Positions 36,699 to 49,400 of a DNA stretch of 64,000 nt are shown one piece after another. The position numbers and the translations under genes are program-made. The notes below the pieces were generated by a model. That model made no database searches. It was not told the DNA's origin and saw nothing but the letters and a program-made list of their open reading frames with translations. Origin of the DNA: Plasmodiophora brassicae (lineage: Eukaryota); the NCBI GenBank assembly GCA_036867785.1, contig CP145422.1:806001-870000 (forward strand), written 5' to 3'. Each line of letters begins with the position of its first letter. Position 1 is the stretch's first letter.

Positions 36699-37117
36699 GA
36701 CGTCGAGTATACAAGTGATGCTGCTGTTGACTGATCGCCGATCGCACCGGTGTACCACGAACCGAACCCGTATTCACCTGTCGATGTAGAGGTACACTAA
36801 TCGTCGAACTATGTAGAACGGGGAACCATTTAACAAACGGGTCTGGTCTCCACCTGAGGCAGAGCAACTTGGATGCTGTCCCTGGAGTGCGACGTCTCAT
36901 CGAATTACTTCCATTCGGGAACGGAACCTCCTGTTGTGCACAGCGCTTATGACTGATCGCTGCGCGCGTACCGTTCTCGCCGGTCAGGGTGCCGATCCGC
37001 CCCAGTCGATCGCATGGAGCGGACGTTCTCATTCAAGCGCGCCCACGAGGGCATAAACGCCTATGACATTTATACTGAACCGGGGAATCAAACGATTATG
37101 TAAATCAAATGACGCTT

Positions 37118-38760
37118 TCACATGAGCAAGCAGCCGCCACGCGTCGACGACCGGTCAGATGCGTATCGGACGGCCTCGACCTCGATCTGGTCCTGAACGG
37201 CACCGTCCTCGTTGCAGAGGCACATGGGCTCTTCGGCGAGTTCAGTGCAGTCGACGCCTTCCCAGACGAGGACCTGGTTGGCCTGGCCCTCGTCATCTCC
37301 CTCTTGTTCTTCATCATCCTGGTTCGGCGCCTCGCCAATCCAGACGGACACCCTGGATTTCGCTGGCAGCAGCGTGTCTTCCGGAAACTCGAACACGAAC
37401 CCGCTGCTCTGCAGGGACCAGCCGTCCAGGGAGAAGTCCTCGTCGCTGACGTTCTCGACCACCAGGCAACCGTTCTCCTCGTCGATCGCCAGTTGGACAG
37501 GAAGGGTAGGCGGGTCTTCAACGACCTTGGCGCGCTTGCGCTTGCGCCCAGGTGTTTCCAGTCCGACACGACGTTCTTCCTCGGTCAGTATCTCCCGGTA
37601 CTTGTCAATCGTGAGCGCCATCTGAATTTTGATGTCCATCAGGTTGTCGAAGTCCGTTTCGAGGCGCGCGTAGCGCTGGCGCAGCTTCTCGATCTCCTTC
37701 TCCTTCTCGGCGATCGCCTTCACGTGGATTACGTTGCGCTCCTTGTCAAGTTCGGCGACGAGCTCGTTAATGCGTTTCTCGTGGACGGTCTTCAACTCCT
37801 GCATCGTCTCGAGCTGGCCCTTCAACAGCGTAATCTCCTCAGTCAACACCTTGTTGGATTCGCGCAGCTCCGCTTCACGATTGCACGTTTCCTCAAGCGC
37901 TTGGCGTGCTTCGGTCAACTTTGGCATGTAGTGTGACTTCAGCTCGCGCGTGATCCGGGCCTTGTCCTCGTTGCACTGATGACGATACTGCTCGACGACG
38001 GACTCCAGCTGCTTCATGAACTCAGTGCGGATGGTGTCCTCGCTCTCGGCGCTTGACTTCGTCAGCTTCGCGACCTGCTCCTTCAAGCGCGCCTGCTCCG
38101 CTTCACCCGACTGGACCTGGATCGCAAGGTCCTGCTCCAGGCTCTTGCACTTGGCACGCATCGCCGAAGCCTCGTGCGAGTACTGGTCGGCCAGTTCGCG
38201 CGCCTCGACCAGCTGTTCCTCAGCTGCGCGTCCTGCGTTCTCAGCGACTGTGCAGCAATGGTTGGTCAGCGGGTGGACGACATCGAAACGAACCCACGGT
38301 GGGAACCTTTCAGCGACTGTTCCAGCTTCCGGACGTTCTCCTGGAGTTTGACGACGAGCGCATCGCGAGCTTCAAGCTGGGCGCTCATGTTGGAGACCCG
38401 CGTGCTGAGTTCGTTCTCGTATTTCTTTTCGTTCGCGATCTGCTCTTTGAGGCGCGAAATGGTCTCCTCCATGCGCGACACGCGGACCTTGAGCTCTTCG
38501 CGGGCCGACGCGTGCTCATCGCGCTGCAGGCGCATCTGACGCAGCCAGGTCTCATATTTGGCCGTGGTATCGGCCAGCGCCTGAGCGGCGCTGGTCTGGA
38601 CGGCCTTCAGCTCCGCTTCCCACGCCTCCCTGCTGGCATCCTTGCGGCGCTGCGTCATGATGTACTGCTCGAGGCGGCCATTGAGCTCCTCCAGGTTCTT
38701 GCGCTCGACGTCGCGCTGCATCCGAATCGGCGATTCCTCCACCTCACGAGATATGGTCAT
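37118..38760 (-). CDS. Nuclear lamin (527 aa; exons 38760-38307, 38247-37118)
   Basis: Head SP site, then coil-1A ERKNLEELNGRLEQYI and coil-2 end FDNLMDIKIQMALTIDKYREILTEEERRV. These are followed by NLS RKRKRAK, a lamin-tail domain (VENVSDEDFSLDGWSL..FEFP..VSVW) and terminal CaaX CLLM*. A 59-nt GT-AG intron preserves the frame. Confidence 0.92.
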
Positions 38761-39163
38761 GGCGCCCCGACAACGTCCAGCCGACTAGCGCACAGCCTGC
38801 ACCAGGTCGCCCTCACCGCACCGCACACACCAACACCCAAAAATGCCACACCATGGTTCCGGATCTGCACGTTCTATTTTGCGGCGCGGCGCCTCACGTT
38901 ACATTCGGGTGGGTCGGGGACAGGCGGCTGGCTGCGCAGTCCCACTTAACTATACTGTACTGCGAAGGAAATATAGCCGATACCCCATTTGTGAGCGATG
39001 CCCTGTATCAAGGGGCGTTCACGGCCTGTAGATTTGGGTGGCGGGTTTGTTTGGCACAGACTGTGCCGGGTGCGTGCACGAGTTTTAGAACACCGACAGG
39101 AAATAGCCGGGGGCTACCGTACCGCCTACGCGAAACGAGGCGTTTACCAGTCACAGGGCCTGT

Positions 39164-40272
39164 TTATCGGTCTGGAGTATAGCCACTGTCGTCGTCAGAT
39201 TTACCGTCTTCCGTCGGGGCCGCTGATGACCCTGTGCTGCCAGCGTCGTCATCGCCGGCGTGTCGGTCGGCAACATCTGCAGATGGGTTCCGATCAGTTG
39301 GGCGCCATCCCAGCTTGGCGTATGGGCATTCGACCGGAACCCATTTCGGGATGTCGACCCCCAGCTCGTCCATCAGCATCGTGAACACGTGGTCGCACCT
39401 GGCAAAGATCCTTACGGCGCATCGCCTGTCCAGGTGCGTCTTCTGCAGGTTGATAACGCATATCCGCCCGGGTTCCTTCTTGCCGTTCAACCGAATTGTA
39501 CGAAGCGGCCACAGCCCCGCCGGGCGAATTCGCAGACTCGTCCCGACGCAAATGGCCAAATCGGCCATGCGGTGCTGCTCGATTGCATACTCCACTTCGT
39601 CTTGCGGTAGATTGCTGTCCCAGTCGCAGAGCAAATCCCGCAACGGGCCGCCGCAGCGCTTGCACGCGTTCCCCGTTGGCCTCAGACCAATGGTGGCGAC
39701 CTCGTCGGCACGGCGGAACTCGCACTGGCACTTGGGCAAACGCTCCGTTATTCCAACGCGTCAACAGACGTATACAGGGCTCCGACCTGATCACACCATT
39801 CGGCGAATGCCGTACCATGTACCTCACAGAGATGCTGACGTGGCAATCCCGATCGAACGTGCAACCCGTCCACGTTCTGACTGACGACATGCTTGACGAG
39901 ACCGGCTCGAACCAGGGCCACAATGGCCATATCTGACGACATTGTTACAGGCGATCGTTATTCGAAATGGAACAGCAGACAAGGGGGCGTACGCGTTATC
40001 GTCGGCACAGCATCCCCAAACGCAACGCCATGCAGAGGCGGCAGCTTCCTCTGCTGGCGCGTCCAGACGCCATCGGGCCCGCGGAAGTCATGCACGCCGG
40101 CCGACGTCGAGATGCCCGCCCCGGTATGCACGATGCAGTGCCGACTCGACCGCACGAGCCGTGCCAGCTCGGCGACCTGCGCCCGCACGACGCCGTCGTC
40201 GTCGACGCGCTCCGGGTCGCCGCACAGGCCTTTGTCCCGCTTCTGAATCAGCTTCGCCGCGTAGCTCGTCAT
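39164..40272 (-). CDS. SIRT6: Class IV sirtuin (SIRT6-like NAD-dependent deacylase), multi-exon
   Basis: MTSYAAKL..DKGLCGDPE, HTGAGISTSAGVHDFRGPDGVWT, SQNVDGLH, EVHG, zinc cysteines, GTSLRIRPA and INLQKT. Confidence 0.88.
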
Positions 40273-40448
40273 TGCGCGCACTCACTGCTCCCGCGCGCCT
40301 TCACCATCGCACAGGCGACACGAGTCTCGCCTTTAATCAGGCGGTAGCCGTCGTCTTCGTTAGAATTTCTCACGAATGAACACATCGATGTCGTGACGTT
40401 GGAACCCATTACCTGCACTGAGTGCGTTCAGAAGTGGACAAAGGTCAG

Positions 40449-41022
40449 CTAGTAGCTACATAGGTATGTAGGTATCTGTGAAGACAGTACATACGCGTTC
40501 CTGCTCGATGTCCTTGTAAGGATCCCGCAGGTTCGCCTCGGTGCTTTCGCGTAGGAGGTCAAGGTCGACCTGTGTGATTGCTGACGGACCGGTGTCGAGC
40601 ACGACAGCGAGATCAATCTCCAGGTAACGGGGTCCAACTGCATCGCCAGTGCCGACCTTGATCGGGTGACCGTCTTGCAGAACAAGCTTTCGTCCCACTC
40701 GCTTGAGCACCGATGTATTCATCGTGTCGAGCATCTGGCGTCCGTCCGGTTTAGCTGGTGGGGCGAGCACAGAGACGTTGACGCCAGGAAGATGCTGGAT
40801 GTGGCCTTCTGAGCACAGGTAACGAGAAGCAGCGCCCATGGCGACACGCCAAGGAGGCGCGACGTAAGTGACAGCATCTGTGTCGTTAAACCTACACAGT
40901 GTGCCCCACGCCACAGTCGATCGTACAAGTTGCCGATGCATATTTCGCCCGCATTGGGTGGTGTCCACGTCGCTTGACAGGACGTCGGCCATGAATTCTC
41001 GTCGGTGAAGTGGCCGTGCCAT
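40449..41022 (-). CDS. Hypothetical protein (probably spliced; ends uncertain)
   Basis: A 188-aa ORF with protein-like composition fills the gap between two genes. No family was recognised. Confidence 0.4.
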
Positions 41023-41161
41023 GGCCGGCGCACGTCAATCTGCCCGACGAGGAACGATCGTGACTGTGAGGCGTGCCCAGACGTCGACTCACGGTCGGGT
41101 GAAACGGAAGTCGGCTTCGAGACAAGTCGACGGGTTCGACCTGGTGTATTGGCGGGATGGG

Positions 41162-42761
41162 CTATGCGTGTTGCCTGGCGTGTAAGAACCCACTCGACCG
41201 GATCGGCCCGGCCGTCGAGCAACGCACGCGCCCGGCGTTCTGTTTCTCCCTGTCGCATCGCACACGACGTTGGTGTCCGTTGCCCGATTTCGAACACAGC
41301 GTCCCGCTCACCTTGCAATGAGGACCTCCATCATGTTCTGGTTCGATGGCGGCATCTGCCGTATGTGCACAGAGGGTGCCGCCGTGCTTGGCCTCTGCTG
41401 CGCCCGCTCCGCCATCGCCTGCCTGAACAGGCTGACAGGAGCCACCGCCCTCGACGATTTCGGTCGCTTGCGCGTCTCGAGGATACGAGGCTCCCGGAAG
41501 ATCCCGTCCGGCGAGAAGCTGCTGTAGACCGGGAGCAGGTCGGCACGCGCGATCGCGCTTAACGTCGCCGAATCCAGGTGCCCGTCGTCCCTGTCGGCAT
41601 CGTCGGCCGGCATCGACATCTCCGCCGTGTCGACGCCGTGCAGGACGGCGAGCTGGTGGACAGACGGCCCCCGAACGCTGTACGCGCCGGCTAGATCCGG
41701 CGCTGGCATGCGCCCGATCGTCCCGGCCAGCTCCCGACGCTTCCGAAGCGGCGCCCGCTGCGGTGCCGGCGGTGTCTCGTCGACCCAGGCCGCCTTCGGC
41801 TGAATGGTCCTGCCGCTAATCACGTCGGTGAACAGGTCGGTGCGATCCCCAAAGTACACGCGTTGGCGTGCCGCCGCGTCTTTCCTGGCGCCCGCCTCCA
41901 GCCACACGTTGCCGGTCGTCTTCGCCGCCTGCCGGCGATGCTGCAGCAGAGTCGATCGTGTCGGTGCTGTTGCCGACGATGCGCTAACGGGGCCCGTCGT
42001 CGGCAGGACCGAGTCCGCGTTCGCGCCAGCGTGCTGCCTCCACCCTGACTTTGTCTTCGCCTCGATGTCACGCAGCGTCTCCCGCCTCATCGCCTCTCGC
42101 TTGGCCAGACGGGATCTCAGGTCCAACGGCAACCGCGTCTCTGAGTACCTCGGTCTGGGTTCATGCATGGGCGTGTTTCCGCTCTGCATGGCCGCCAGCA
42201 CGGCCGCACCCTCGGCGCGTCGAACGCGACGCCGTTCGGCCAGCATCTGCGCCCGCGTCCTGGAACCCGTTTCGTACGTGCCGGTTCGAATCCAGCCCTG
42301 GTTGCGGTTCGCTTTGTCCACCTCGTTCATGCGATGCAACCCACCGGGCGGCAGCAACGTGATCTCGTCAGGTAGGCCGGCGCGAAGCGCGTCTTGACAG
42401 CGACGCGCTTCGTCGGCGTTAAGGCGGCCGTCCCGATCGGCATCGAACATGGTCGCGAACAGCAGGTCGGTGGTACCCACGACCCCGTCGCCGTCCACGT
42501 CGAACGATGGATCGGGAGCATCCGCCCGTGCCCGATCGTGGCGAAGGTTCCGGCACGATGTGTGAAGCGGCTTGGATTCCCAGGCCGGGTTCCCCGGTGC
42601 TGAACCATTGGCTTAGCGCACCACACACGAATGCAACGCGTTGGCGTACCGTGCAGGGTGGCGACGACGCTGTCGATCGGACGGTCCTTTAATAGGGAGC
42701 CGTGAATGTCGTAACGAGGCGGGCGGTGGCCAATCTCCCGAACGACGCGCTCAGCGTCCAT
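41162..42761 (-). CDS. EF-hand-pair protein of unknown function, multi-exon
   Basis: DVDGDGVVGTTD and DADRDGRLNADE loops. An inferred last intron (about 41250-41311, GTGAGC..CAG) gives a C-terminus IRSSGFLHARQHA*. Confidence 0.6.
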
Positions 42762-43003
42762 TACGGCCGGACGCTGTCAGATCACGACAGGATATCCCCC
42801 GCCACGCGAAGATATTCTTCCGGGTAGCAGAGGATCGATGAGATACGTTCAGGCCCTGGAGGGACCGGTAATCTCCGGCGGTGCACACAGCAGACGTAGT
42901 CGTGCCATGTGGAAGTCGCCTGAGCACGTTCCTATGCACGCGAAGACGGTTGTTAAGATTGGGACCTTCCAATGTATTCGACACTGAAGAAGGCAGACTA
43001 ATA

Positions 43004-44068
43004 TTACACGATCGTGTAAGACGGCATGAAGTGACCGCTACGCGGCGATGCCATCACCGGCATCAGCTGCAGACGCTGGAATGGATTCGAATGTGGATCC
43101 GCGTAGAACCCTGCGACGATGCCAGTCAATACATCGGGCGCGTCATCGGAAACCAGAATCCGACCATCAATGATTCCCGATGCGCGATCGAATACGATGT
43201 AATAGAACCCATCACTGCCACAGCAGCTGAGCGCCATCCACTCCACATCACGCAACATGGGACGTACATTGTCAAGCCGCAGTCGGAGGTCAGGTTGATG
43301 AAGTTTGTTTCTAGTAGCCGCGTGTGGGTGGATCGATTGCCGACCATGCACAGTATGATCGTGCTACCTTTCCATCGCATATACAGGACACGAGAACGCG
43401 CCAGATAGTCGCTGAGTTGACGTCGTGCCTCGTGGCACTCCTCCATAGCTGCCTTGCTGCCTTTGACCATGGGCGTATTCGGGAAAGCTGCCAACCGAGC
43501 TAGCTCCTCGGTGAACGACGGGAACTTGCCCCAGTGGTCAACTGCCTCCACGCGGGTGATTAGGCGACGCCTAACGCCAACGTGCAGGCGGGCGTCTTAC
43601 GGTCCGATTGGTACGTTGACCCCCATTTCCGCGTTGCGAACGTGGACGTGATCCCATTGACGATCTCGCCCTCCCAGTGGGTAAGGACGTGCTGTTGAGT
43701 AGTCGCTGGGACGTCCATTGCCTAATTGTAAACATCAGGCACTGATGTATACTAGCGTTGCCTCCGGAAGCGAACCTCCATGGTACCGGAAATCTTCCCT
43801 GCACATATGTCGACATACTCGATCTCCTAGCGCAGGGCGTTAGCAGGAAGGCGGGCCTCAGAGATCGGTCGGAGCGCACACCGACCACTCGCACAGCCCA
43901 GGTCTGAGGCACCGTGTTCGACACGACCGTCTGCGTGCCGCGGAACGCCTGGCCGGGGTGCAGGTACGACAGCAGGACGCCCTGGACGCACCGCCCGCAG
44001 GCGCAGAGCGACTCACCCGCCTCTGTCGCCGCGGCGGCTCGCGATTTCCTCGGCGACGGCCCTGGCAT
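43004..44068 (-). CDS. GID4: GID4/VID24-like Pro/N-degron receptor of the GID/CTLH E3 ligase, multi-exon
   Basis: YLHPGQAFRGTQ, WAVRV, HWEGEIV, HWGKFPSF, LYMRWK, GFYYIVFDRASGIIDG and FYADPHSNPFQRLQL. Confidence 0.8.
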
Positions 44069-44365
44069 CGTGGACGTCCGTCGCCGCTACACCCCCACCC
44101 CCTGAAATAAATAATGACGTCGCCCCGTCGTGGGAGCGCGCCACACCACCGCCTCGCTGCGACTTACCTAAACGGTAACGCTCCACCGTCCACCGACATA
44201 AAGCTATTTCTAGGACGAGGCCATGCTGCCGCCTTTTGGACATGATCGCAGCCGGTGCTGTTCGACGGTACAGCACCCACAGGGGCCCAAACGCGGATGA
44301 ACGCTGACAAATAGAATACGGCTATGCATTTACGACAGTATAAGTTAGTGGGAGGGGCGGACGGG

Positions 44366-46225
44366 TCATACAGGCTGGCTGCGGTTCCTGGGGATGCCCG
44401 CGAACTGCTCGGGTGTGGCGAACAGGGTGCCCGCGTTGCCGAACGTGTCGGCGTGGACGAGGTACGCGCGCCTGGCCTTCTCGTACGCGTTGATGGCTTC
44501 AAGCGCGGCGGATTCGTCCCAGGAGGCGGAGTTCTTCGCCTGGTACATGTCCTCGAGGACGCGTTCCGCTTCGCGGAGATCCTCGTAGACAGGCAGGGCA
44601 GCAGCCATGTCGGCGGCGCGCTGTTGAATCCTTTCACAGCGCTTCACGTTGGACGCGTTGACGGCTTTGAGCTGCGCCTGAAGGCGTCGAAGATGGGTGG
44701 CGACTTCGTCATCGACCCGGTTCTCCGCCTTCGCCACATCGACGGATTTGGCCTTGCTGGGTGGCAGGAGTCCCATGAACTTCAACTCGAGGCGAACCCG
44801 TTCCTCGAAGAACGACTTGACGGGCGGGACTGTCTTCGGGGGAGGCGGGGGCGGCGGGTCCTTCGCCGAGTAAGCAGTGGGGGCAGATGCGAATTGGGGC
44901 GCTGTTGCTGCGCCGCCATTCAGGACGATCGCATCATTCGGTAGGGAGAACTGGAAGGTGCCGTTCGCGGTGGCACCGGCAGCGCTGGCAAACGCCGCCG
45001 CCGTGGCCGCCGTCGTCCCTGCCGTCTTCCTCAGTGGGAACACAGCTGCAATGCATCGTTGCGCCAGCGCATGCTGCTGGAACCCCTTCGGTGGCTTTAG
45101 GCGCTTGTCTACCTCAATGATCTGCTTCCGCACGTTCGTGTCAGCAATTGCCATCGCGTCTGATTTAGGCCTGAACCGCCTGGTGATCGCCTGATAGCTC
45201 TTCTTCTTTTTCTTGTTCGCTAGACGAACCTCGTCCAATTCCTTCCACTCCTCGGGATAATGCCTCCCAAGGGGCGGGACTTCGAACAGTTCCGGGTCAA
45301 CCTGTGCGAACGTTAGCGGGTTACGGGGCCACGTTGCGGCTTGGGCAACCGACCTTCGGTCGTATCAGCTGCAGGTCGTCATCGGTAGGGAAGCGGAAGT
45401 AGTCAGCGGTAGAGGTCCACAGGGAGTCAGGCGGTTTGACAGTCGATTCCTTGCTATCTTCCCCGGCACCAGAGCGTTTCTTTTTCTTCCTGAACACGTA
45501 TAGAGCCGTTCATACATGATAAAGGAGGTCGTGCAGACTCCGACAGTTTACCGCTTGCGGTCTCGTTCGCGCTCGCGATCCCGTCGTCTCTTCTCATCGC
45601 GTTTCCGTTTCTGATCTGCAGCCCCCATGAATCAGGAATGGTACCGAGCACAGCAACGCCCGAAGCGAACGTACTCTCTTCAAAGGATCGTCTGCTGCTC
45701 TGATCGGCCGCTGCTGAACCAACGTCGTCAGCAGCGCAGTGGATGGGGGCGGAACCGATTACCCACCTGCGAGGGCCTCCTCGTTTGACACAATCTCCGT
45801 GTTCCTTAGGACATCCATCCATTCCGCGTATCCTTTCTCTGCAGCATTCTGTTAGTCCACTGGCAAATCAGCACTGTTTGGAAATGCGAACCGAGTTGCA
45901 AAGGAGAGTTGGTCGCGTTCGCGACGTCGACCAGGTGCTTGTGCAGTTTGACGGCTCTGGCGCGTGCATACCGCTGCAGACCAGTCAGCTCCTTCATGGC
46001 CAGCTTGAGCTGGTCGATGGAGAACGACGGCGCCGCTGCATCCCACATGCGTTCCAGGTCGGGAACGGGGAACGCCTGGCACAGGCTCGCCAGCGTCGTC
46101 GCCGCCGACGGCATCGGCACGGGCGCCGCCGACGATGCCGCCCCGATCGACACGACGTCCATGTCGGCGTCGTCCATCGACACGTCCTGGTCGTCGGCGA
46201 CGACGACATCGTCCGACTCGGCCAT
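44366..46225 (-). CDS. ADA3: ADA3/NGG1-like SAGA HAT-module subunit, multi-exon
   Basis: LWTSTADYFRFPTDDDL, VPPLGRHYPEEW, LAQRCIAA, FEERVRLELKFMGLL and DDEVATHLRRLQAQLKAVNASN. The start (MAESDDVV) is inferred. Confidence 0.72.
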
Positions 46226-46489
46226 CTCGACGCCGCCAAGCTGCAGCCCCACGGAGTCCCGACGCCGCCGCCCTTCACAAACGATCCCCCCGCCGGACGA
46301 CACAAACCCGGCGGCGGTACCTCGCTGGCCCATCACCTGCAGCCACCTGCGAAGCAGCTGTGCCAGGAATAGTCCAGCGGGTTGCCAGATGAACGGGATT
46401 AGACAGGGGCCGGCCAGCTCGGCCACGGCGCCAAGGGGACTTGATTGGCCGCACACGGCAGTTGCGCGTTCATGCGGTGACCCGTTGCC

Positions 46490-49400
46490 ATGTTGCCTGG
46501 TGCTGTCCATCACGTCATACGCCGGCAACGGGTGCCGCCCAGGTTGCTCGGTGGCGTTGCTGCCCTTGCGCCATCTGTTGCGCCATCTGTTGCGCCGGGC
46601 GATGAGCGCGCGTCTCTGTCGAGCGCCGTCCGCATCATCAGACGGGGCGAGGACGCCGATCGCGTGTGGGCCGCGTTCCACGGCGTGCTCGACGCGAAAC
46701 CCGATCGTCGGTTCGTCCAGGCGATGCTGGCGTACTGTGCGGAGCGCATGCCGGCCAAGGCTCGCGATGTTCTGGACGAGGCCATTCATCGTGGTGTCTG
46801 CATCGCTGACGACGCTCTGTTCTGCACGTTTCTGAAAGCGTGCAGTCGCACGAAGCCAATCGCGTTTCGAGACGCGCTTGAGTTCTACAAGAAGTACGGG
46901 CCGCGATCGCACAACGTCATCTTCGGCGTCGGCAACGTTTGCAGGCTGGCAGGCCATCCCCAGCTAGCTCTTGAACTGATCCAGGACGGCATCGACCAGA
47001 ACGTGGAGTTCAGCGAAGCGCTCGTATCGTTGTTCGCTGTGATCTGCGCCGAATCGCATTGCCAGCTGGCGGCCGACATGGCCGAACTCCTGCTGGAACG
47101 CGTTCGGGCGCATCGCATCGCATCGCATCGCAACCCTCAGCTGTACGCGAACTTCGCCAAAGCGTTGCTGTCGCAGAATCGTTTCGACGCTGCCGTTCGC
47201 ATCCTGTCGCTGCTGGACTGTATCGGGATGCAGCCGTCCGAACAACTCGGCACGCTTCTGCTGTCGTCGCTCGCCAAGGCGGATCGCGCTGACCTGGCCC
47301 TGGATGTCTTCGACGTGATGGCTCGTCGGGCGATTCGCGTGCCAGCACCCGCGTTCGGCCTGCTTGTATCGGCGTGTGCCCGACAATCCGATCTGGCATC
47401 TGTGCAGATGCTATTACGATATGCTCAGGAACGCTCTGCCGATCTTCTGAACGACACTGTTCTATGCCGGTTCGTGTCCGCCTTCGGTTCCCGTTCGGAT
47501 GTGCATCGGGTGCGCCTCATGGAATTCTACGCGAACCTCAAGGGCCTCATGAGCAAGTCGTTTGTGCTCACGTCGTTCGTTTCCGCCTATGGCCAATGTT
47601 CCCTCTCGACGTCTGTCGCTGCGTTGGAACGTGTCGCGCGCGACAATGACCTTCTGCAGCAAGATGTCGTGGTCGCCGCGTTCATTGAAGCGTACGGCGG
47701 CTGTTGCGATATCGAGGCCGCGCAGCGAATCTTTCAGGAGCGATGCTCCACCAAGCCAACGCCTGACATGGCGACGTTTGCGGCTGCCATTACATTGTAC
47801 GCCCGCCATGGTATGCCGCTGGACGCTCTGACATTGTTCGATCGACTGGAGTCCGGCAATCGGAAGCCGCCCAGCGAAGTGTACCCGGCCGTCCTTAGTG
47901 CCTGTGTGACGCTGAACGATCCCGCCCGTGCTACGCGCGTGTTCCAGTTGATCGTCGATGGTGATCACATCCAAATACCGAGGGATGTGCTGCAAAGTTT
48001 CGTGTCCTTATGTGGTCGCTGCTCCGATTTAAGGGCCCTGTCCGCTGCCCACCGTTACGTCGCAGGATGTTCGTCACTCAAGGATGATGACGATCTTACA
48101 AATGCGTTTGTCCTGGCGTTTGACCAATGCGGGCGACTGGACATTGCGAAGGACATCTTGCTGACGTCTTCGTCGTTTCGGACGTTGACCCTTCCGACCA
48201 TGGTGCGGATATTCGCTCGACATCAGCACGTGGATGAAATGGTGTCATCGTTCGAGTCGATGGTGGCAAGCGGGGCGGATGCCAGTGACGACCTGCGTGC
48301 GCTTGTGTGCAGAGGCCTGGCAAACGCGGACCGTATTCCAATGGCTTTGGAACTCGTTCGCGGCATGGCACACGTCGGCAACGCTGTTGTCGTCGATCTG
48401 GTGTCGGCTTGCGGTCGCTGCGTACATCTGTCGGATCTCTCGCTTCTGTATCGGTATGCGAACGAAAAGGACTGGATTCTAAACAATGCTGTGGGTGGCG
48501 CGTTCATTCAGGCGTATTCGCTCTGCGGCCGTGTTGATATTGCCGAACAAGTCTTTCGCGATCTGGTGACCTACTCGCTTGACGCGTACACTGCAATGAT
48601 TGCTGCCTATGGCCACCATGGCCTCGTACCAGAAGCATTGGCGATGCTGGACCAGCTGGTGTACGCCGGCCTAGAGCCCTCAGCGGAGATCCTGGCAGGT
48701 CTTCTGGCCGCTTGCGAGCACGCCGGCGATCTGTTTCGCGCCAACGACATTGTTTTCGAGTTCAACAATTCCTGGGGCATTCCTGTCGGCGTCACTCACA
48801 CGAACCATCTACTGTCCCTTCATGGGCGTCTGAGTGGCCCTCTGGAAGCCATGACAATGGCGACGTCGCTGCCCGGTGCTACTGCCGACATGTGGATGGC
48901 CGTCCTGACTGCTGCCCGTACACATAATGACATCGACCATGCCGAATCTGCCTTTAACCGCCTTGTTTCGATGCCCGACGCCGCCACCTGTCACCTTTGT
49001 CGCGCCTTCGAAGTGATGTCGGATGTCTACGCGCGAAACGGTCGGCCTGACGATGTGAGCCGTCTCCGGGACGGGATGAAGAGCAGAGGCATTCCGGATT
49101 CGCCTGGACGAACGAAAGTCAGTCTGCCGGACGGTACTGTGGAATTCCTGGCGGACGACGCGAGGTACTACACGGATCCGGGTCTGCGCCATGACATGAC
49201 TCGCCTGATCAACGACCTCACTGACAACGGGTACTCGCCGGACACATCGGTCATCAGACGTGCGACTGTGTCACAAGAGGAAGCGCGGCAGGCGGTGTGC
49301 TTGCACAGTGAAAAGCTTGCAATTGCATACGCTCTCAAGCATTCGTCGCGATCCGGCGTACCCGTTTGCGCGGCCAGCGACCTGCTCGTCTGTACGGATT

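Noticed and set aside
46226-46957. 5' extension of the 383-aa minus ORF antisense to the PPR gene
   Set aside because: Only the part from MAESDD onward looks like real protein. The rest is antisense shadow and spacer.
47110-47131. (GCATC)n microsatellite within the PPR gene
   Set aside because: It is short and frame-preserving, with no evidence of function.
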